A stretch of DNA of 47,028 bases. Source: Nemertoderma westbladi (taxonomy: Eukaryota; Animalia; Xenacoelomorpha). Positions within the stretch are counted from its first letter, which is position 1. Each line of letters opens with the position of its first letter. Location: positions 1 through 47,028 of the forward strand of contig JAUCBJ010005277.1 in NCBI GenBank assembly GCA_032718475.1, written 5' to 3'. Below the pieces are notes generated by a model. The model saw only the letters and a program-made list of their open reading frames with translations. It was not told the origin of the DNA and made no database searches. Position numbers and translations under genes: made by a program. This document shows, in pieces, positions 38,969 to 47,028 of the stretch.

Positions 38969-40001
38969 AATGTAGAAAAACGAACGCTATAATGTAGCAA
39001 AATGAATGCTATAATGTGCCAAAATGAATGCTATAATGTAGCAAAATGAATGCTACAATTTAGAAAAACGAAGGCTATAATGTAGCAAAATGAATGCTAT
39101 AATGTAGCAAAATGAACGCTATAATGTAGCAAAATGAATGCTATAATGTGCCAAAATGAATGCTATAATGTAGCAAAATGAATGCTATAATGTGCCAAAA
39201 TGAATGCTATAATGTAGCAAAATGAATGCTATAATGTGCAAAATGAATGTTATAATGTGCCAAAATGAATGCTATAATGTAGCAAAATAAATGCTATAAT
39301 GTCAATGTAGCAAATGAATGCTACAATTTAGAAAAACGAATGCTATAATGTAGCAAAATGAATGATATAATGTAGCAAAATGAACGCTATAATGTAGCAA
39401 AATGAATGCTATAATGTGCCAAAATGAATGCTATAATGTAGCAAAATGAATGCTATAATGTGCCAAAATGAATGCTATAATGTAGCAAAATGAATGCTAT
39501 AATGTGCAAAATGAATGTTATAATGTGCCAAAATGAATGCTATAATGTAGCAAAATGAATGCTATAATGTGCCAAATGAATGCTATAATGTAGCAAAATG
39601 AATGCTATAATGTGCCAAAATGAATGCTATAATGTAGCAAAATGAATGCTATAATGTGCCAAAATGAATGCTATAATGTAGCAAAATGAATGCTATAATG
39701 TGCCAAAATGAATGCTATAATGTAGCAAAATGAATGCTATAATGTGCCAAAATGAATGCTATAATGTAGCAAAATGAATGCCATAATGTGCCAAAATGAA
39801 TGCTATAATGTAGCAAAATGAATGCTATAATGTAGCGAAATGAATGCTATAATGTAGCGAAATGAATGCTATAATGTAGCAAAATGAATGCTATAATGTA
39901 GCAAAATGAATGCTATAATGTGCCAAAATGAATGCTATAATGTAGCAAAATGAATGCTATAATGTGCCAAAATGAATGCTATAATGTAGCAAAATGAATG
40001 C
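38969..40001. repeat. 22-bp minisatellite (AATGTAGCAAAATGAATGCTAT), about 47 units
   Basis: Direct reading; TAGC and TGCC variants often alternate. Confidence 0.96.
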
Positions 40002-40445
40002 CGTAAGTTGTCAATAATTGAATACTGGAATACAAAACGATAACCAATGAAAATCTCGAAAAACGAATAGCTAATTAATAAAACCAACTGTAGGTAATTT
40101 AAGTATAAAATATGGATACATAAACGTACATGGGTACTGGCTGAGTAAGAGGACCTATGTTAAACAAAACGATTATTTAGGCTCCCATTGTTTACTACAT
40201 ATAGGCTGGAATAATTCACTCTTCAATAATTTATTTATACTGTATATTGTAATAATAGACGACCAAAACTAGTTGGAGATTTCACGTGATCCTGAGAAAA
40301 TCTTCACAATGAGACATTGCTGTCCTGTGCATACCACCCCTAAAAGGTATAATTATTGCTCTAAGACAGTGATAATTTATTGCATAAATCAATATTTACA
40401 AAAATTGGCAAACGAGATGCTGAGATGTTTAATAATCATTTAATT

Positions 40446-41027
40446 TCAATGGATAAGTTCCAATATAGTTGACGAAAGATAGCGCTGCAAACCTATAGGC
40501 CTATTCCTTCCCGTATCAATAGCGCCGACCAAAGTGCCCATCGCGATTCCGCTAACATCAGCAGTACTGGTAGGCCTATTAGCTGTACGTTCTGGAAAAG
40601 CTGTTACTACGGGAGACCGTTCGATATGATCGATTAAATCGAGATTGTCGGGGATTAAACGGCGTTTCTTACGACCTCTAGTCAATGGTGTTCTAGGAAC
40701 AACGTGTTCCTGACTGGCGTCCGATAGCTGGGATACGTCAGTGTCGGTTGGAGAACTGTTACCTAGGTCTATTAAAGAGGTAGACAGTCTGCCAGTACGA
40801 GGTGGGGAAAGGCGAGGGGTCAGTAACTGGCGAAGGAGGTCGTTGCTCCGAGGTCGGAGTAAGTAGGGGGAGGGAGACGTGGGCTGACCTCGGGGGGTTA
40901 GGGAAGGGACGGGAGAGCCGCCTGGTGGTGCGGGGCCCAGGGATGGCGTGTGGGGGACCGCCTGGAAAGGGGAACTCGGTAGAGAGAAATCGAACAGATC
41001 CGACACCGGGGTCGAAATTCGTCGCAT
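40446..41027 (-). CDS. Hypothetical Ser/Pro/Thr-rich protein (193 aa)
   Basis: ATG-to-TGA ORF forming a GC-rich island like the neighbouring real exons; basic cluster RGRKKRR; no family recognised. Confidence 0.6.
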   Translation of the reverse strand: MRRISTPVSDLFDFSLPSSPFQAVPHTPSLGPAPPGGSPVPSLTPRGQPTSPSPYLLRPRSNDLLRQLLTPRLSPPRTGRLSTSLIDLGNSSPTDTDVSQLSDASQEHVVPRTPLTRGRKKRRLIPDNLDLIDHIERSPVVTAFPERTANRPTSTADVSGIAMGTLVGAIDTGRNRPIGLQRYLSSTILELIH

Positions 41028-43416
41028 TCTTAGATTAGAGAACTACCTACAGTGTACAGACTGACAGACCTACCACTGTACCGGTACGTGTACCGGCTGA
41101 CTGGTAAGTTACTGTACGGCTTGGCTTGGCAGCTTGGTAGACCTGTAGTCTGTAGACGGCAAGTCAATTATGTCTCAATTTCGAAGAAAATACAGTCCGG
41201 TAATCAGGTACATATATAAATAAATAGGCCTACAGTATTTCTGTATTTTACTGATGTACTGGTACCGATAGCAGATAGCAGTTTAGCAGTACTGTGTACA
41301 TGGTGTAGGCCTATAGCTTTAAATCTAGTCAATAAATTCAGCTGATAGATTCAGCTGATTCAGCTTGCTCTTAGCTATGCCTTTATCCAGTTATCTGCTT
41401 TATGCTGATGTGCGCGTGGTTCATTATAAACCAATTAATTATTAAAAAATACAATTAATTTATTTCTTGTAGCTGTGTACTGTATGAATTAAACTGTATG
41501 TTCCTATTCTCAACGTGCTATTTTTTGGTGCTGATTCTGTGATTATTGTTACTTACTATAATATGGCTGTGTATTTGAATATGTTTGGAGTTGGGGTTGG
41601 GCTGTATTGTATTCTACAGAGTTCTGCTAAAAATATGTTTTCATGCGTTCTGTAAAAAGAACCACCCACTTTTAAACACCTTTTGTACTGGTGAAAGAAA
41701 CATAATTTTTATTTACTTTAAGCGTGAGAAGTGAAAAAAATCTAAGGTTATTATCCAGCAAAGTCAGTATAATGCAGTCTAAATATTCGTAGGATAAATT
41801 TGAAGACTTATTCGAATATTCAGATGATTGAGCTAGTTTTTATCCGGCAAATAGAAGGATAATTATGCCTGTTAATGTATTCGCCGGAAAAATTATCCTT
41901 CTAAACGATAAAACGATAAATAAATTTGTAGACTTTTCAAAGGTTGGATCATTTAGCTTAGTTTTGTTTAATTATGCTTTAGTTACTGTACAGTATGTTA
42001 TGTTTCATCCGGCAAATACTACTTTAATAAATACTAATAATAATACTACTTTAATGCCTACTACTGTATAATCCTGATAATTTTATCTGGACCATTAGCA
42101 CTAAATTAGTACAATGTTATCAGTTCTTTAGAACTATTAGTACTTAAGGGCATTCTATTGAATAATTTTTTTTAAGTTAATTAAGTTAGTTAATGTTAAG
42201 GAGAGTTGTTAGGAGAGCTGCACAGAGTTGATTTAATTCAATTATATTTTGTTAAGTAATTTGTATTTTATTTTATTCAAAGTTCTATTCGCAGATTCGC
42301 GTTTACTGTGTGAATCACAGTCTGGATATTGATTCAATACAGTCTGAAAGCAGGACCAGGAATGTCGGGAAAAAAAGGGGTCATAAGAATAATTTCGAAA
42401 AAAGGGGTCAAAAGAGCAAGAAAGGGGTCAAAAAAATAACTGCGCCTTCTGATAAATACACACTTTACTACAGGAATGTTGGATTAACACTGTACTGTAC
42501 TCATACTGCTGTATGTAAGTCCTGAAGTCTGTAATTCAGACAGTACTGCAGTAGTACTGTAGTACAAGCAAGGCCTACTAAAAGACAGGCCTGGCAGCCT
42601 ACTGCCTTACTCAAAATCTTATGGGCCGACTTTTAAGTATACCTGCAATGTGTTATCTCATCGTAAACGATCCGGTCTAGTACTTGATTGATATATTATT
42701 TTCATCAGAACTATTAGTGGAACGTTGTGGGCTACATCCTACAAAAGAAAAATATATTGATGATTATATGAACAGGACGAGCGCAGCGAGGCTTAAAATG
42801 TGTTAAGAGGCAGACTGAGCAACCAGACTAAAGTAAAAAGATAGAAGTATGGTATTTGTTTCTATTTTGTATAAGTTGTTATAATTACTGAATTAACTTT
42901 TTATAAATAATTTACAACTTGATAATGTCAATTTAGAACAGTTAATAGCTTACACTGTTACTACTGTACTAGCACAAAAGTTATAGTTTATAGAGGAGCT
43001 ATGGTTTTTATAATCTATTATCGCTGGTCGTTTGGAAAGGAGCGCGGTTTGGATACCGAGATCGCTGGAAACCAAAGGATGTCTGAATATTAACAAAACT
43101 CCAAAATTTTAAAATTATCTCAAGATATTGAGCAGTTTTTCGCATAGATACATTCGAAATTGTCGTTGCCCTCAAAGCAGCTACTCGGGTTTCGAGTTCG
43201 GTAGTAGTATTTTTACTGTCTGACTGTGTTTAATGTGTTAATTTTATGTTATAGGGCCTATGCTTCATATTGAATTTACAATAAATACTGAAATAATAAT
43301 GTAATATAGTACCGGTATAAAAAATAAAAAGAATACCGTATTTATATTGTATTGTATGCAACTACTGTAGATCTGTATATACTGAGATAGATATTGTACT
43401 TACTTTTAGGTTTTGA

Positions 43417-44412
43417 ATGCATGTTAAATTCTGGTTTACTTTGTTAGTTCTTTTCATTTTAACGTCGTATCCGTATCTAAATAATATGTCTGTAATGAAA
43501 TCAGTAACAAAGATCATTACCGGCCACAAGCAGCTGGAAGGAGGCGGTTTCCAGGTGAGGCGTCCACTAGGTGGCGCCATACAGTATTGGGACCCCCTGC
43601 TGCTACTGGACCACTTCGGACCGGTGGTCCATAAACCGGGGGAGGCGGTAGGGGCGCCGGACCACCCGCACCGTGGCTTCGAGACGGTCACCTACATAGT
43701 GGACGGTGCCTGGGACCACCACGACTCCCGCGGGAACAAGGGCCATCTCCGCGCGGGTTGGGTGCAATGGATGACCGCTGGCAGCGGACTGGTACACGCG
43801 GAGATGCCCTCCAAGGAGATAATGAAGAACGGAGGGTTGCTCGAAGGGTTCCAGTTGTGGGTCAACCTCCCTCAGGCACAGAAGATGTGCCCACCGAGGT
43901 ACCAGGACACCCCTGCGGATAAGATACCAGTAGTGGAGGAACCTAATGTGAGAGTTAAAGTCATCGCTGGGGAGTATAAGAAGCAGAAAGCGTTTATAGA
44001 AACGCGAACGCCCATATTGTATCTGGATGTTTGGTTGAATAGCGGTCGCGGTGAATTCGATGTGGAAGTCGCTCCCGGTTTCAATATGATGACGTATTGT
44101 TACCGTGGAAACGGGAAGATTCAAGGCGCCGACGTTGTTTTGGGTCAGGCCGTGTTTATGGACGAGGCCGGCGATGTAATCAGGTTGTTAGCGAAGGATG
44201 GAGAGGCGAGGTTCCTGCTTATCGGCGGGAAGCCATTCGGTGAGCCGATACAGCGTCACGGCCCGATCGTCATGACTACCAGCGAGGAAATCAATGAGGC
44301 CTTTATGGATTACCGTCAGGGTAAGTTTGGGGACATTGCCGGGAGCGAGGAGAGATATTCCGAGACGAAGAAGGCGCTGGAGACGCAGAAAAAGAATAAA
44401 TTCAGTTACTAA
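43417..44412 (+). CDS. Pirin-family bicupin, intronless CDS (alternative start 43486)
   Basis: DPLLLLDH, PDHPHRGFETVTY, WMTAGSGLVHAEMP, FQLWVNLP, GPIVMT; metal ligands H, H, H, E intact. Confidence 0.95.
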   Translation: MHVKFWFTLLVLFILTSYPYLNNMSVMKSVTKIITGHKQLEGGGFQVRRPLGGAIQYWDPLLLLDHFGPVVHKPGEAVGAPDHPHRGFETVTYIVDGAWDHHDSRGNKGHLRAGWVQWMTAGSGLVHAEMPSKEIMKNGGLLEGFQLWVNLPQAQKMCPPRYQDTPADKIPVVEEPNVRVKVIAGEYKKQKAFIETRTPILYLDVWLNSGRGEFDVEVAPGFNMMTYCYRGNGKIQGADVVLGQAVFMDEAGDVIRLLAKDGEARFLLIGGKPFGEPIQRHGPIVMTTSEEINEAFMDYRQGKFGDIAGSEERYSETKKALETQKKNKFSY

Positions 44413-45666
44413 TTAATCGCCTTGCAGCAGCAAAAGTAAATAAATTAGTTAACTTAGTTTTCTCTTCGTTTAGCCTAAATTGTCTTTGTAAATATATTGT
44501 GTTACTTATTAGTTTCTTATCCTTTTTTCTAAATTTAATGTGCTTTTGTTAAATTATTTTGATAAAAATTGTCAATCACCGATACAAACTATTATGTTGT
44601 CTACCGTAATAATTTATTATTATCAGGAGTTTAATTTAACGTTGAACAAAATTTAATGTTAAAATAATTGTAATTTTGTGTTGATATTTCTTGTTTGGGC
44701 AGTTAAAATAATTCTAGACGAAAAATGATACGGTACGAAAACCTCAGATGCAAATTGCAAACTCTACGAACAATAATTACAGCGTTGTAAGTCTAACACC
44801 GTTAGGTTTCAGTGGTTTATAGCCAAATTTTATTTTTTTTAGAAAAATCTTCATTTTTTGACGCATTTTTTTTAAAAAGGAATATTGAAGATAATAATGA
44901 TTTCCTCGAAAAACCCAAAATTATAATGAATATAAAATAGTAACTGATGTTAATCTGCACAAACGTTTTAAACCTTTTACAACCAGTTTCTGAGTATATT
45001 TCCTATTTCATCCCTCTCCAGGGGGAAATCGAGGCAAATAACTGCTGATTACAATGTTTTATACTTTTATAATCTTTGGTTTATTGTGTTGGTTAGAATA
45101 ACCGGTCACTGTGACCTGTTTTATTGACTCCCCTTTATTATTATTATTTTTTGTTAGAATATATAAGTTAACTCTAACCTGCTCCTTTCCATTAATTGAT
45201 TATTAATACTGTATTTATTTAGACTTGCCTCGATTGGACTCTATTATTTATAACTGCTGCAGTGATATTATATTTATTGTGGTGTTTGATTAACGATTTA
45301 TCTGTGCTGTGCTCTACTTTTTATATTATAAACGAATATGCTACATAATTTTATGCGCTAATACTTAGCCTTAATCGTTTTTCTGTAATCTCTTATGTAA
45401 ATAAGTTAATTAATAATATTGTTATTTGTATTGACATGGGAAATCCATCCTGTTTTATTTCTCCTCCGCTTATTGTAATAGGCCAAGGGGGGGGGGGGGG
45501 GTGGGGGGGGACTTTATAATAGTCTGTAAATTGAACCAACTGATCCACAGCCTCTGCATTACTTGATTATCTTTAAGTGGTTGTGTAAGGAGTACCCCCT
45601 AGTGGTATCTCTAAGTTCACATGTTTTAATCCGACCACAGTCTACACAGTGTAAACTTTTTGTATT

Positions 45667-45697
<31 letters not shown>

Positions 45698-46122
45698 TTA
45701 ACTTACGATAAAAAAGTAAACTTGTTTGTAAATTTAATGTTAAAAATACGTTTAATAATTTACAATAATTGTATTGATTTAATTCATAAATTCCGGGATG
45801 TTTCTTCAAATCAAACTATTCCACATTTTTGTGGCTGCTCTATTAATACCAATTCATCTTCCAATCAAATACATTCAATAACTATACTTTACATACTGTA
45901 TCTTATCCTCCAAAATCATGGGTATCAAACTGTAAATGACCTTTTTGTTGTTTACTTCTTGGCTTGGCTTATTTTGTTCAAATTTAACAACACTGGCAAA
46001 GGGAGGGAAATTTAAAAAATCCTATGGAACACCACAGTTCTATGGTTTCGGTACCAGTGGTACAGCAGTAGTAGCGATTCTCGTGTTCAACTGCAAACTG
46101 AACAGCTGTTCCGCAATCCAGG

Positions 46123-46938
46123 ATGTCGTCCAGGCGGCCGGAACATTCGGCCCCTCCTGAGTTCTTCTACAACTCGACGGAAGCCCGGAAGTACACCAGC
46201 AACTCCAGGATAATAGGAATCCAAGTTGACATGTCGAGCAGAGCGTTGGAACTGCTCGCCTTACCGGAGGACGAACCCCTACTCCTGCTGGACGTCGGGT
46301 GCGGGTCCGGGTTGAGCGGTGAGACGATATCGGAAGGCGGTCACCACTGGGTTGGCGTTGATATAAGCGAGGATATGTTGGAAGTGGCCGTCGAACGGGA
46401 GGTGGAAGGGGGACTGGTGTTGGGCGATCTGGGGGAAGGTTTACCATTCCGTCCCGGGGTATTTGACGCCGCTATCAGTATATCTACACTGCAGTGGCTT
46501 TGCAATGCCGATAAGAAATCCCACAACCCCGCTAAACGACTATACACATTCTTTTCCGCTCTTTATGGTTGTTTGCGGCGAGGCGGTAAAGCTGTTTTCC
46601 AACTTTACCCGGAAAACTCGTCCCAATTGGAACTGATTACCTCACAATCTTTACGCGCCGGTTTCCAAGGAGGCGTCGTTATCGACTACCCGAACTCATC
46701 CAAGGCGAAGAAGATCTTCCTTGTGTTGACCAACGGGCCTGTGTTCGTGTCCCTCCCGCCGGCTCTGGGCACGGCGGACTGCGTGGCTCTCAGCGCTGGA
46801 AGGCAGCGGGATTCCAGGAGGGCTGGTAAGGGCAGCAAGTCGTGGGTTCTCTCGAAGAAGGAGCGATGGAGACGGCAGGGTAAAACAGTTCGCGATGATT
46901 GTAAATATACGGCCCGGAAACGCCCGTCTAAGTGGTAG
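46123..46938 (+). CDS. BUD23: 18S rRNA guanine-N7 methyltransferase BUD23/WBSCR22, intronless CDS
   Basis: [15 protein letters not shown] motif [35 protein letters not shown], terminal YTARKR. Confidence 0.97.
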   Translation: MSSRRPEHSAPPEFFYNSTEARKYTSNSRIIGIQVDMSSRALELLALPEDEPLLLLDVGCGSGLSGETISEGGHHWVGVDISEDMLEVAVEREVEGGLVLGDLGEGLPFRPGVFDAAISISTLQWLCNADKKSHNPAKRLYTFFSALYGCLRRGGKAVFQLYPENSSQLELITSQSLRAGFQGGVVIDYPNSSKAKKIFLVLTNGPVFVSLPPALGTADCVALSAGRQRDSRRAGKGSKSWVLSKKERWRRQGKTVRDDCKYTARKRPSKW

Positions 46939-47028
46939 TCCTGATTTATTTACAGTGATATAAAATTAATATTGTAAATGTATATTTACAAATTACAAAG
47001 CGAATTCAAATTACCGCGCATTCTTTTT

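Noticed and set aside
45563-46015. 150-aa ORF with a poly-proline run
   Set aside because: Non-ATG start, AT-rich composition; the prolines come from a poly-C tract.

Overview
AT-rich, repeat-dense nuclear DNA of an intron-poor invertebrate animal (inferred from GT-AG introns, metazoan-type genes and transposon families; the species cannot be determined). Host genes: a two-exon galactose-3-O-sulfotransferase-family gene with an in-frame TGA at codon 54, four-exon mitochondrial Hsp70 (HSPA9, minus strand), intronless STUB1/CHIP, a Ser/Pro-rich orphan ORF, an intronless pirin with a hydrophobic N-terminal extension, and intronless BUD23/WBSCR22. Introns and intergenic DNA contain a Gypsy integrase relic, a solo LTR, RTE and CR1 LINE fragments, tRNA-derived SINEs, an internally deleted Academ transposon, hAT/Harbinger/MULE/Kolobok-like non-autonomous elements with TIRs and TSDs, and several satellites, including a 3.65-kb 13-bp array in an HSPA9 intron. 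The most unusual signal is a window-wide excess of TA-flanked micro-insertions (TACAGTA/TACTGTA, TAGGCCTA, TACCGGTA). They match cut-and-paste transposon excision footprints, account for frameshifts in two retroelement ORFs, distinguish repeat copies and appear to cluster at gene 5' ends. All coordinates were read by eye; no database searches were run.
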